DNA from: Marsupella aquatica
Taxonomy: Eukaryota; Plantae; Marchantiophyta
Assembly: GCA_973895155.1 (NCBI GenBank)
Contig: OZ316891.1
Span: forward strand, 17,296,095-17,360,094
DNA: 64,000 nt
Direction: 5' to 3'
Made by a program: the position numbers and the translations under genes. Within the stretch, counting starts at the first letter, position 1, and the number at the start of each line of letters is the position of its first letter. The notes beneath the pieces were generated by a model. That model saw nothing but the letters and a program-made list of their open reading frames with translations. It had not been told where the DNA came from and searched no databases. Positions 1-13,500 of the stretch are shown here, piece by piece.

Positions 1-577
1 TGATTGTTACAATACATGTAGGTTTTGGGGCATGGTTTGCAAGAAAACCAAGTTTTGGGGAGGGTTTTAGAGAGATTGGACAACAACCTGGACAGTCTAG
101 CAAAGAAGAAAAACTAGTAAGTCGCAATCAGCTCAGCAAAAATTGCCCACATGCCTCCTACATGACATCCCCACCTCCACAATTCTATCTTACACGACAA
201 TATTCAAATCGACCACTAGAAGATGTATCAATGTGTTCTTCATTCGCGTTCCTAAATCAATGTGCCATTCAGTCATTCGCGTTCCTAAATCTACTGCACA
301 TTGTTATATTTGTGAGCTACCTCGCTAATAGGACCTTTCTTGGAGCACAAGCCATCAGGGCTAGAGAGCTAAGTGGTGAGGCAGAACACGCTCGGCATTT
401 TTGGGTAGCAGTAGCGTACAACGAGTTGACTTTGGCACCTAGAAGCTCGGATTCAGAGGACTAGATACAATTTTCTTAGGGTGGCGGTCCAAACCCTAGT
501 CATTAACCTGCGAGATCCATCGGCAGTTCATCGTTGGGCTGCATTGTTATTGGACTGAATTCACCACTACTCATCAG

Positions 578-2791
578 TCAGTGCAACGCACTGGGAAAGT
601 ACACACCGTTGTCCTTGGGAGCCTGGTAGTCCCCAATGACCATGTACCAATGGTGTCTGTCACAGAAACGGTATAGGATACAGGTAAGCTCCATTGGTCT
701 GAACAAAAACTCTGCCAACCAGTGTGCGAAAATAATGAGCAATCACAATCAAAACAAGGTGGTATGGCAATGTACCTCTGCAAACGGAGTCTTGCGGCCA
801 AAGCCCACTGAGCAAGCTTAGGATAGCGTCTGGTCGACAAGTGCAGTATAAAGTTCATCTGGACATTTTTGGTTATGCCGTGAAACAGAGTGATAAAATC
901 GGACTCGTTTCTGGCGCATGCATGTGCAAACCATGCGAAACCGGTGGTGTAACCCCTGAAAAAAGGAACCCACACAAATCCTTTTTAATGGGGAGATCCA
1001 ATGATTATCTCCCTAGAGAAGGAAACAAGCTGAGAGAAACACGACAGTAAGCAAGCAGTGGAGGTAGTTCATTCTAAAGATTCAATACCAGCTTTCCTTT
1101 GAGAACAACAGAGTACAAGGACAGGTCAAGCAAATCTAGTTTTAAGAACATGTTTTGAAGAAGAGGACCAAGTATTTTCACACTCAGCTCAGATCCAGAC
1201 AGTCATTTATCTCTCAGATAAGCATTCCGGGTTTCGAGATCCGGGTTTCACGAGGAACAAGACTATTTATGAAGTCTTTGGGAATAGACCAGATTGCAAA
1301 GTGCCGGTCAAAGTACTGCGATGTTACATGTAGTTTAAAAGTAAGCATAGTATCACAATCCTAGCTATCTCATTTGCAGAAGTGGGCAGGGGTAGAAATC
1401 ATGTACTCACAAGATCTCACCGTCCTTCGAAGTTACGACCCAAGCATGAGGACCCAGGCACCTCTCGATATCCGGTGAACGGTCATATCCATTAGTTTCT
1501 TTAAAGAGTTGAGCACATGAAGCGACATCAGCTTCTTCCATAAGCCGGACCACTCCATCTGTACTCACAGTAACTTGGAAGAGTGTTAACGCGTGGGCGC
1601 CGAACTGTATCAGCGCTGGAGATAATCCCTTGACACAAGAGGAAGAAACTCGAAGCCCATATGAAGCTGATTGTAGCAATAATTTTTGGGGGATCTCTAG
1701 TTGCTCATGACAACAAAGGCTCCAGTTCACTTCAAAGTTCATAATAGTCACAATGGTCTTTGGGGTGAGATTTTCGGAGCCGTGGTCGGCCCAAGTTTGT
1801 CAAAGTACTTACCAGTTCTAAGTGCCAGCCCCACAGCAGAAGCGGCAGCTTCAACTCGCTCAGCCGCGACTGTGCCCGAGAATACAGCAAAACAGTCTTT
1901 TGGGATAAAACCCAAGCTCAAATACAGAGCAAACGATCTTGTATTGGATGCCGCCTGCTCACAAAAAACATCCATACTTCACTTCAGTGATGTCTTTCTT
2001 AAAGAAGGCCAAGTTCCAGGGCCATCCATCTTTGTGGTCTTTCTTTCTTGAAGGCCACAATATAATCAGAGCATTAATTGGCATCCCAAACTATGCTTGA
2101 CAGTAAATGCGGAGTTAAAAATTCAGCTAGACAACTTACGATAGGAATAGCATTAAAACCTTCCTGTGACCTATATAAGACAATGGGTTGCAGGAAAATA
2201 GTTGCTGTTGAGACTACCTGTGTCAGACGAATGGAAGTTGCCCCTTCCTGCTTGGCTCGGTGTATCAAACTGGTCATGACCGCTCTCCCCACTCCCATAT
2301 TAACCTGGGCCGGATCCACACTTATCGGTCCAATAGAGTAGACGTCTGAATCTGTTAACCGCTTACGCAAAATTTATCAAGTCAGGAGTCCAATGGTCCT
2401 GTACAAGGTCAGGACGATAAAGTCCGCAAATTACCATCTCACAAAAATTCAAAACAAAGTAACTTTTACCTATGCGATTGAACCCTACGTGGTGAAGATA
2501 CCCGCTTCCGATAGGTTGGCCCGTATCATGTTTCACTGCCGCAACACCGTAGAACGCTTTTTCTGGTCCTTCGAGGCAGCCGCGTATCAATTCCACGGAC
2601 ACTTCGATAGAGGGGAAGTCCGACATCCTATAATCTTCGCCCACACTGTCATGGAAAGCCTTAAAGGCATCGAAGGCGATCACACCAAGTGCTTGCGCAT
2701 CTTCTACTCTCGCTTCTCGGGTACTGATGGAAAATTTCCGAAGTTGCTTGACTGATTGCTCCTCCCCTCCCACAGGCGGCATCGACGCCAT
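578..2791 (-). CDS. Two-domain GNAT-family N-acetyltransferase (spliced, 6 exons)
   Basis: Exons read by eye with GT-AG borders and a consistent frame: 2791-2470, 2351-2218, 1954-1813, 1573-1411, 955-776, 656-578. The product contains YSIGPISVDPAQVNMGVGRAVM (acetyl-CoA motif A), SIRLTQAASNTRSFALYLSLGF (motif B), a second domain (NGYDRSPDI...GYTTGFAWFAHA) and the C-terminus MVIGDYQAPKDNGVYFPSALH*. Confidence 0.85.
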
Positions 2792-4862
2792 TGGACCGGA
2801 TAATCTGTCAGGTCGCAATGATTGCTCCGAATCCAAAAAAAGTATCCGAACCTCAGAAATCGCGAAACAACTAGCCGAGAATCTATCAAGCAGCGGAAAG
2901 TGTGGCCATGTACCGAAAGCAGTCCTGATCGCAGAGGTGATGTCTGCAATTGCGACCAGGTCACAAGCGCCGGAACTCCGATGGTGTCCTGTCAATGTCG
3001 ACCTTGGTTCGTGCTGAGATGCTTGTTTGCGGGATTAAATTAGATCAATAAAGTCGAGCGGAGTGACTTTCCACATATTACAATGACAAGAGAACAGTGC
3101 TACGGGTGAGGTGGAGCTTGCAGATCGGGTACCGGGGAAGACTGACTATTATTTTCCAGAGGAAGTGGGAGCCCAGTGGCAGCTTCATCTGTTACGGATC
3201 AAGACCGTGCAAGTCAGCAACGCCAACGAAGGCAACACCACCAGATATGGTTCTCGATCACGCACGATCTTGTATAATTGTGACGAAAGTGCACAAAGTC
3301 AAGTCGTCAAGCCATCATGATAACAATCGGAGATATCGGCTGACATGGTAGATCGGGCAAGCGTTCCTGTGTATCTCTTCATGGGATATGACCGTCTGCG
3401 TCATTTGTATTCAGGGAGAGGAGTCCCTGCTTTGTCATTTAATGCACCTCGGATTCTCCCCCACAGCCCACCGGAATGCTCTCCCCATTTTTGGGTCCCA
3501 CTTCAGTTTCAGGCCGGCCGCATTTTTGGGTCCTTTCAGTTTAGAGGAGGGCAGTTTTGAGGAGGGCACAGATTTTTGAGTAGTTCTAATGCTTGACGCC
3601 ATTAACTTATTCAAAAACAATGTGGATAAACAAAGATTTTGAGTACGCTACAGCGCAAGGAAAGACAAAGAAGACAAAGAAGACAAAGATTTTGAGTCTG
3701 CCGTAGCGCAAGCAAGTACGCCGTAGCGCGTTGGGCCGAGCACTACTGTAGTCCGTATTTGCTCCAATCTGGTATACCATCCGGATGACCATTATGACTG
3801 CTTCACGTGTCACATTGGATGTGCAGATTCTAATGAAATATTCGTTGAGGAACAAGTTTAGGAGCCCGCACTGCAATCATAAAGGCCAGGGTATTACAAT
3901 TCCATTAGCAAACTATGGGAGAGAAAACAGTTGCTGGCTGAAGAAACCGAGTTATAACGCACATAATTAGGAATTAAAGTCGGGTTATTGCCAACAGATA
4001 CGGGGCGTGGGAAGATCTCTGCTTAGGAACTGGGTACCATATCCTAGGGATAAAGAGATCAATAGGGGTAACAGAAAATGAAACTTGGTTGTGGAGACGA
4101 AACCAACATTCCTTTCTTTCGAATGTAAAGCCTCTTAATATCATCTTGATGTTCGCCACCTTGATGATAAAGGGAGCCGTTCATACATTCGATAATAACC
4201 GTAGCCGTCCAACAGGAGTCCAACCGGAGGCCAACGACTGGGGCTCTCTGTGTACAAGCCAGCTCAACACGTTAAATGAGGCATCTGAAACGCCTTAAAC
4301 GTCGTCAGCCTAGGCCTCATCCGCTTTTGGAAGTTTCGGTGAGTCTGTGCTGCGCATATAACCAACTTAGCTCCGAAGGTCAAGCTGCGACACGATCTTC
4401 TCATTCATGAGCAATTATAATTCAACTTCTCAAAAAACGTTCTCAGCCCTCTTTGTTGTCCAGAGTCGATCATGGCACAAGGTTGAACGGTACACGTATC
4501 ACCGGATGCGAGGCTGGTAACCATTCAGCTCTAAGAGATCGCAAACTCTAAGTTTCGGAAACAAAATAATTAGATGATAGAAACATTTTGCGGTCTCGCA
4601 CATGCTGGAGAATTACTCTCCCTGAACACCCCACAAATTGAGTTATCAAGAACCACATTAATATAGTACAATTCCCAAAATCGAAACGTTCAGGAGTATG
4701 AGCAAGACACCGCAGGAGTAATGATTGACTAACTACAATGGCTTATCACCAAACAAAAGATCTGCTGCGAGCAGCTTCCATCGTACTGCCTCATTCTTGA
4801 TCCCTGCTTCACAACACGAGCCTCTACTCCACTCTAAAGCCAACTACAAACGCCACTTCCGA

Positions 4863-7410
4863 CTATTTGCGTTGTGATTCCAATTGATAACTCTTTGCAA
4901 ATTTGGCAAAACGATTCAAATCTTGTTGGAGAATATTTTCTACAATAGGAGCCAATGCCTGCACAAGTCATGAAGGAGCTTCAGAAATGCTTTAATTCCG
5001 AGAAAACCATGAAAACAAATGTCCGATGGCTACGAATCCTACAGCTGCAACAGAGACGCCAGATACCACACGTCGACCATACGTCTCGCAACAGGCACAA
5101 TACTGAATACAATGGAGCACATGAATCAAGGTATATGACATACCATCCCCACAGCGCCTAACACTTGGGGTACTTCATAAGATATAGTGAGCTGCACAAC
5201 GAATCAAATGTCATTCCGTGATATTCAAGAATGACAATACATCACATTCTTTAGGAAATGATTACACTTGTCATTCCGTTCAAGAGTGACGATACATCAC
5301 ATTCTTTACGAAATGATTACACTTAATTTCAGTTAAGGTCTGAGTTTATGAGCATACCTGCACGGCGCACGAAGTTGAGCCTCGCGGATAGAAGCGAACA
5401 GTGCCCCTGCAAAAAGAGGAATGGATGAGAACTTAGACAACTGCTGCCTTGAGCTCAAACGAGCGAGGAAACTGGAAGCCTGGGGGGAATTATAGCAAAA
5501 TGAACAGAATGAACTTGACTTCTCCAATTCTGAGGTCAACTGAATTACAGAGCCCTTGGTAATTACTGCTGATTACCTGTTCGCGATTCCTTCAACAGAG
5601 CGCCAATGAATTTTCTGGTGGAAGGTAGGCTGCAAAATGCGCACACAAACTAGAGTTTGAAAACGAAGCATCGTGAAGGACATCGGACAAAAGCCACCAA
5701 CTGTAATACAGGGGTGACATCATTTTGATTTCATATAACATAGTTCCTCGAAACAGAGAAAAGATGCTGACTATCCGACACCAGACAGTGCTCTTTCCAA
5801 TATGCAGTGAAGCTTCAATCAGACAATTTGGATTGAATCTTCCCCAGACACTCCACAAACAAGACAATAGGAGTAAACACGTAATATCAAGTCATCGTCG
5901 CCCTAATCAGCAAATAGCCTAATCCCCGTAGCATAGTTAATACGATACCTTCATATTACGGGAAAGCCAAGAGAACTCCCAATCCCGACCAAAGTATGCG
6001 TACTTCAAAGTCCATCGCGATAAATCAGGCTGATCCTCCAACACCTGCCAAAAATTGCAGAGCCAAAGTGTTAACTACGCAAAGATACTTGGAGGAGATG
6101 CTCAAGTGAATAGATGAAACATATTTCAGATCAAGCCTCCTTTGGCTGCGCACTCTTGGGATTTTGATCCCGCATTCCTTGCTACAGTTTGGGTGATTCT
6201 GGGTGGACTGGAGTTCATTGGGTTTGCAAGGAGTAGGTTCCACTCTGTCTAGAAACACAAGCACGAGGTAGGACACAAAGAGGCACCACCCTACGCCAGC
6301 CATTCATTGGCATTTGGTACATTAACCTTCTGCCGACTGAGGGACTCATCTACCACCTCAGGACTTGCGATATGTTGTAAAAGTCTTTCTGAGGCGCAGA
6401 CATGTAATCCACTTTCTATAAATAATTGTTATCGGGTTGAACAAGAATTGTATGAAACATCAACTCAACCTCTGAGAGGCAGTCTATACAGGTGCTAAGG
6501 TCGGAATTGAAAGTTACAACAACAAACGCATACCTTTACATTGTCTATCCACGGCATCCATCGTGAGACTCCTTCTCGATCACTCCACAAATCCCAAGCA
6601 ACCGAAATGGGAACATCTGTCTCCACTAGAGCCCTGCACTTTGAAGCAGATGTCCAACATGATCATGTATTCTATTTCTCCGACTAATGGCGACATTCAG
6701 CGTGTAAATAGTCAACTAAAACGACTTAAAGAAGAAATAACCACACGTGGATACTCTATCATTCAGACTTGACACCGTGACAAATTGCGAAACTTCTGTG
6801 AGAAAGTCGGAGGAATGAAGTTCTCGCTGAAGCCGAAGTCGTAGGTGCGAAGTGATCTATCTCCCGGTTAAGTTGCTCTCCAGGGCATAACAACAACACT
6901 TCCCTTTTCCCATTCCGTTCATTAATTAACAACTGCACTTATTGCGTGCTCTGCCTCCGAGGTCAACGGCTCTTCCTAATCTCATCAGCACTGCACAGCT
7001 CTTCTAATTGCACTGTTCATTTCTGGCTTGATTTCCGCCTATAATTTCTTATGTAAACATTAGCTCGAAAGAATTATACGAAAATGAGAGACATACGTGT
7101 TGTCGAGCCACATTGCGCTCCAGCGGCTACCATTGGATGATTGAATGCTTCTTCCTAGGGACAGACCAGTGCGGAACGAGGAATGACAAGCTGAGATCCC
7201 TCCTGCCACATTTTTGGGGGCAACCAAGGACGACAATGGAACCCTCGCCTGCACAATGACGCGGGCATCCCCCGTCCTTCCAATCAGAGATCTCCGAGTA
7301 GCTGCTCGCATGGGCAGGGATTCGGCACTGGTACGATTTAGTACACTGACGGGCGCTTCATCTGTCACCACTGTACAAGTGGCAAAGCTTAAACGACAAG
7401 GGAGTAGCAT
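4863..7410 (-). CDS. Polyketide cyclase/dehydrase (START/SRPBCC superfamily) protein with probable plastid transit peptide (7 coding exons; mostly missed by the ORF track)
   Basis: Exons 7410-7097, 6633-6534, 6044-5949, 5629-5577, 5406-5358, 5191-5144, 4958-4863, all GT-AG. Product: ...MWLDNTALVETDVPISVAWDLWSDREGVSRWMPWIDNVK VLEDQPDLSRWTLKYAYFGRDWEFSWLSRNMK PTFHQKIHWRSVEGIANR GTVRFYPRGSTSCAVQ LTISYEVPQVLGAVGM ALAPIVENILQQDLNRFAKFAK...*. The N-terminus is S/R/A-rich. The start codon is the least certain part. Confidence 0.88.
5211..5323. repeat. Intronic tandem duplication, about 57-60 bp x2
   Basis: tcattccgt...ttcaaga(a/g)tgac(a/g)atacatcacattcttta(g/c)gaaatgattacactt occurs twice in a row. 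Confidence 0.8.
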
Positions 7411-10400
7411 CTTCTTCGCTTGTTGTGGCTCCCTCACACCTACACGCTGCAGGACACAGATGAATCTTCAAACTGATGGGACAACAGAAAACTCTGACGT
7501 TCTGTCTAGCACATCATTTCTGCAAAGGCATGGAAAAAGCGGATGTCCGCATCGATGAAGCCTGTCGCATTATCTATGTAGATTGTCATCTCTGTCTAAA
7601 TCATTGTCTATGTCTGGTTTCTGTACACTAATTCTTTGGGCACAATCTTTGTCCATTATCATCTATGTTCTCTGCGTTAATCGTCTACCTCCATTGTGAT
7701 GTGTCTTTTGGATAAGCTACAAAAAACAAATGGCGAACAGGGAAACAGAAATGTGCACAGCTGTTGCAGATTGAGGCTGAACAACTTTGAAAAAGTTCTA
7801 AAGCTCTTCCGTCCGACACATTTTACCATCCAAAACATAGCCTACATGCGAGAGCAATAGAGCTCAGACAAAACGGACAGGCACGAGGAATTCCTGTTCG
7901 ACCAGCCATCGAGTCGATAGAGCCAGTTGAACATTCAGACATCCTCATACTCACCTCAGGAAGTAATGCAGAGTAGCGAAGAAGGTCAGCGAGAATCCTA
8001 GCGACGATGCCGAATAGTATTGTGACTCTCGTCTCGTCTTTTCACAAGTACAGGGACTGCTGAAGGCCTTCAATAAAATCAAACGAGGATTCACGAACTG
8101 GCGATGAGCACATTAGATGAGCATCGGCGAACGAGCTTCCACCAACATGGATTGATTCAAGGGATAAACAGACAACACGCGTGGAAATCAATTGATCAAT
8201 CAAACGTTGCGAGATGAAACGTGAGACAGTCACATATCAGTCAGTCTTTAGCACCTAACCACAGGAATCCTCTGCCCTCGTCCGGCCACGGACAACTTGC
8301 TCCCGCTAGCCAAAGGACTTCATGCAAAATTCCGAATGACTGACTCCACAACACAAGAATGCCTGGTTCTCCACTAGAAATCGTGGTCCAAGCCACTCAA
8401 TCAACCAATCGCACGATTCAGCCGACAGTCGTAGACACAGCTTCCAACTTGGAATAACAGGCAGGCAAGCAGGTTCCAATAATTGACACACACACACACA
8501 CTAGGTACTCAACCTCTCTCTCCGTACAAGTTAACTTCGAACAATGGAGGCTCCCGTCTGCACGAAATCAGAAGGATGGTAGAGATGTCTGGACACGCAG
8601 AACTCAATCTTTCTCAGCTCGCTGTTCCGGACACTAATCAAATGAAGAACGATGGATTGAAATAGAACTAACATTGACCAAGAGGAGGCGTGGAAAAGGT
8701 CGGGTCGAGGAAATTAGAAGATGGGCGAAGAAGCATGGACACACTCAATCTTTCCCAGATCGTTTCGGACGATAGGAAAATCGAAACAGTCAGCTCCGGA
8801 ATGGAATTCAGTACTAAAATTGAGGGACGAGAAGAGATGTGGAAAAGTAGGTCGGGGGCTGATTACGAGTGCTTCACCTTTCGACACGCACTCTCGTCCG
8901 CAAGCCCACAAATGTTAGAAGAGAATAGAGCTTTGAACTGTTTCCTCTCGCCCATACAAGTTTCTATCTACCTACGTCTACTAACATGGATCATTCTTTG
9001 TTTCATCGCCCTAACTTAGAACCTGGTTTGCTTCGTTGTGCTAGTTAGAAACCTAGTTTGATCGCTACATCGTACCTGTTCGGCTGGCCGCTTTCTTTAA
9101 TGACACGTAGTCACTCCTCGTGGTAAGCTTGAAGTGCTCACAGGCTTAAATGTCGAGCATGTAAATTCACCAGGAAGTATGTCGTGACTCTAATTAACTT
9201 TCTTGCTTACGCTGCTACTGTGCCAAAAGATTTTCAGTTACGGAGTTACTAGATCCGCTAACTCGCTTGTTCTTTCGCGAGTATTGCTCATCGCTTGGGA
9301 CTTATTAGATATCAGAAACTCCCTTGGCCTGAATAGGTTAAGACACGGCATTGAATGGTGCTGAGATGGTTGTTGACAGCTGCAGTTTTTGTTGGTCAAA
9401 CGTTGAGAACACTACTTGGGGATTGGAGATCAGAAAGCTCAATTGGCGAGAATCAATTCAACACAAACAATTAAGTGGCGTTAAGATTGTTGTCAAGAGG
9501 CCCAGTTTGTGTCGGCGAACAAGAAGAAGGGTTCACAGCTGTTACCAGACTTAATTTGAATTCGGAAGCTGAGAGGTTTTGGGACTACTACGTGTGGGAG
9601 TCGAATAGAGGAGGATACATGTTACTACAATAGTTTGCAAAGCATATGACATCCGACTGTAGCGAAATCGAGATTCTAAGAACTGTTGTTTCATGGTAAC
9701 TTCAGAATCTCCATGAAGACTACTCTCTCCACAGGAAACGAACAATGCCTGCTTTTTTCTAGCGGCGGCAGGAGTTGTTCGTCAGCAGGTTTTGCACTTG
9801 ATATTTGTGTATTTTGTAGATGGACCGTTCACTTCATCAGTCCCATCTTCACCCGCCGGAGAATCGGGGTAAATAAGCTTCATGACAAATCTTCTGTGGG
9901 AAGCTTGATCTGGTCAACAATAATACTATCTCCAAATGGCTTTCATCGACATCATCATTCAACCGAGAATAAATCTCAGGTCTGCGTTCTCCACACCACC
10001 ATCGCTGGAAAAGATCATAAAGACAACACTACAAGGCCTACATCTGTGTGTTCTGAAACGAAAACTTTTAGTCATTACAGTTCCAATAGCAACCATGAAT
10101 CTAAAGCCGTATACCAAGTCCGGTCACTTCAAATCATTTGATATTCCTTGACATGATCTTCCGCACGTATTACCAAGAGCTCATGGAATTCCGGGGAATT
10201 ATCTGTACGGAGTACAATCACAACTGCACATTAAATCCGTCACAAACTTTTACAACCGTGAAAATGCTTCTTTAACCAAAGCTTCAATGAAAGAAATGCT
10301 ACCGCAAGCCCCGCAGTGATATCTACGTGTAAAAGTGCTTCTTGACAAGAGTTTTAAGATACATACGCTACGACGAGCCAGGAAGTGGAATCCACACGAC

Positions 10401-10586
10401 TCTCACCTTAACCAGTTGACGGGATATGAGATATTACAAAACGGTGACTTATTAACTCAAGCCAGATGATATGTGATCTCTGGAAATCAATCTATTGTAC
10501 ACTAGACTTTAATATAGAAATTTGCAACCCCCTGTGAAATAAGCTATTCATTTAATAATGCCAAAGAGTTGAAGTCTACGTCCCTC

Positions 10587-13500
10587 TTAACTGTCTTGTT
10601 CCTGCCATTCTACTTCGGCAACTTCTGCAAATACAACATTGTGTTGATCTATCAAACATTGTACCGCTTCTACAATTGCAAAATCTACTGACAACGGTTC
10701 ATCGTCATCCAGAGGTATCTGCGCTGATAGATCACCATTGGATAGATCACCGTTCGCTAAATCCCCATTGGATTCATGTAGTGAGTGTCCATTGTGCAAC
10801 TGTCCTTCGTCACCTCCTGGAACAAAACCAAGTAGTATACGAGAAGGTTATTGCTTATCCTGTGCAGTCAACTATACGTTTCAATCAACTCTGCACTATG
10901 CTTCTCCAAACATCACAAATCACGATTATACTGGGCCATACCTTGAACTTGGGCCCACTCGGAACCGACATCCTCCACATTCACCTTCACAGTCACATTT
11001 GACAGCTGGTGCTCTGACAAAGCTGCAGCTTCTTCTCTTGGCCGCTCAATGACTGGTGTGAGTCGTGACAATCTGAAACTCCCGGCTGCTAGTGGTCTTG
11101 ATTTCCCAGATTGAGTTTTATTTTTACCCCTTTGCCAGAGAAGTACGGGAGCAAACTCAAACGCAAGACTGTGCGAATCCATCTGCGATATATCACAAGG
11201 AGGTCAATAATTACAAAAACACCGCACTGCTCTAACCCTACAATCCAGTGGGCATTAAATAAAGAGTTTTAAGTTGTAAGAGAATAGTCACCTTATTGAT
11301 TGTTGACTTCTGGCTGATGCGCAGCAATAGAGCGGTCAAACACTCCAGAGTTAAGTAATTTGCGGGTGGAAGGCTCGCAACAATCTCCCGCAGTCTTGCA
11401 ACATTGCCACGAGCAGTAACAAAGACATCATAGTTTTCAAACATGAGCAGAGGCTCTGGGAGCATTTGGAAAAACACTTTTAACAATGCAGCCACATCCA
11501 CTGGGTTCACCCCTTGAAGAGTTGCGTTAGGATCTGTCATTCAGAAACAATTCTTATGTTAGAAACAACAACTCGGACTTAATCCCCATCATGCTTCAAA
11601 AGTAACTTCGTAACAACACCCATCAACATTTTCTATTATTGCGGTCCTGCTTAGTGACAAGACAGGAAAACCATACACCAGAAGGAGTGGAGAACATATA
11701 CCATGATTGAGCGTTACGATCAGTCGGTCCACCACCCTGTGATTTCCATCTTTCTTAAAGATGTACTCTGCATTTAGCCCTGAAAATAAACCACATCACG
11801 GTTGGCTTCCAAAGTCTGACGCTGCTCCCTTAAGAAAATATTATCGCCGAAGGCAATTGATTCCACGGAATGATAACTCCCTTAGTAAGAACACAATACG
11901 ATTATCATACCTGACAAGACCAGATAATCAACGCACTTGATAACGATGGACGGAATAGGTCTTTGGCTCTTCTGCCGTAACGCAAGTACTTCCAGTGAGA
12001 CACCAAAGACTGAAAGCATTGACAGAGCTGAGGTTAAAACATTGCAAGACTTTCCGTGCAAAGATATCTACGTGAAATGCACGAAATTTTGGTCAGACCA
12101 TTCAGATTGCTTGACATATTAGAATGTCCATTTTCCATAAACTCCCCGGCCTCAACCTTCCGTTTTCTCAAAAGATGACCCCCGAAGTGTTTGCGAAATA
12201 TTCTTTTATCGACGTGGTCTCAGTTCGAAGAGGGTAACGAAAGAGATGCTTGCAATATTACAAAGATCATTTTAGATGCCTTTCCTGCTTAGGAGGACAT
12301 AAATTCAGCTGAGGCCACAACTTGTTAGCCATTACAAACACTAGGTGAATCCTTCTCGTTTCTTATTTTCGTTCTTTATGACAGCGAAACAAGAGAATTA
12401 ATAAAAAAATTCAAGAAGAATGCTCACCACCCTTGCCTGCCATCCCCTGCATGATACAAGTCAGAGAAATAACGTCAATTACTATTAAATAGAAAAAAGG
12501 CTAAGACCGATAGCAAAGGAGTACGGCAACCAAACTGAAATCTATGACCATAGACCTACTTTAACAAGGGATAGTCAATCCTGCCTATCTGTCTGACCTA
12601 CCTTCTCCAGTCATCCCAAGTCCAAACATGCCAGTATTGACATCAGAATAGTTGCACAAAACTCACCTTTTGGCGCCATTCTGCAATCAAGATTTTGCTC
12701 CGTTCTGCTGCTTTCCTCGCAGCCTGATATACAGGTACATTCATGATTAGGTGGACTACATCCAACGTTACTTACACAATCAATCTGACCTTCCACACAT
12801 CATAGACAGGAAACTTTTAAAACACATTATGCTCCGTTAGAAAAGGACCACCCCCACCATGACAAGAGGGGGAAAAAATCTCACAATCCTCAACGATCTC
12901 GTGCTCCCTGAGTCTTCATGTCCATCATTTTGACGAGAATCTTCAGGCGAGAAGACTTCTAGAGTATAAACATTCGGCACTTTTCCGTGATTCTCACTTT
13001 CACATTTCCCTAAATTAGAGAGGAGGTAACCAATCACCTTCGATGAATATTACACGGATGTACATTTTTCCCAATTTTTACAACGTATTTTGACTCGTAA
13101 CCTGCTGCTGACTAGTACATCACAAGAACCTCTCATTTACGAAGGAGCAAGACATACCTCTTCAACTTTAACCTTTCCTACAACAAGCTTCTCCCTTGTT
13201 TCTACCAATCCGACAGCAACCTTCTCCTTGGTGTCGTGGAAACCAATTGTCGCAAGTTCTTTAGTTTCCTGTAGACCCTTCCTCAAGCTATTACTTGCTG
13301 TCCGCCAGCGTTCTTGAACACTTGGGCGATCTTGCAGCACATTGCGATCCTGAGCAAAGGTCTTATCTTGTCCCTGCTGTTGAACCTGTAGATGTGACCA
13401 TCTTGAGCGTACAGCTGAACCTGCGCGCTCAGCAGCTCCAGCCACACTTGACCCTGCAGTCTTGGCTGCATCACCTACAACTGAACCAGCAACTTGTGTT

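Noticed and set aside
3097-4560. Short ORFs between the GNAT and SRPBCC genes
   Set aside because: No recognisable motifs or consistent splice pattern; likely promoter or UTR sequence.
6291-6356. Alternative terminal exon VVDESLSRQK...* for the SRPBCC gene
   Set aside because: The acceptor is weak, and five downstream exons complete the conserved domain.
8480-10200. ORFs 8690-9019, 9686-10141 and 9936-10151
   Set aside because: No domain similarity that I can recognise; chance ORFs in intergenic or 3'UTR DNA.
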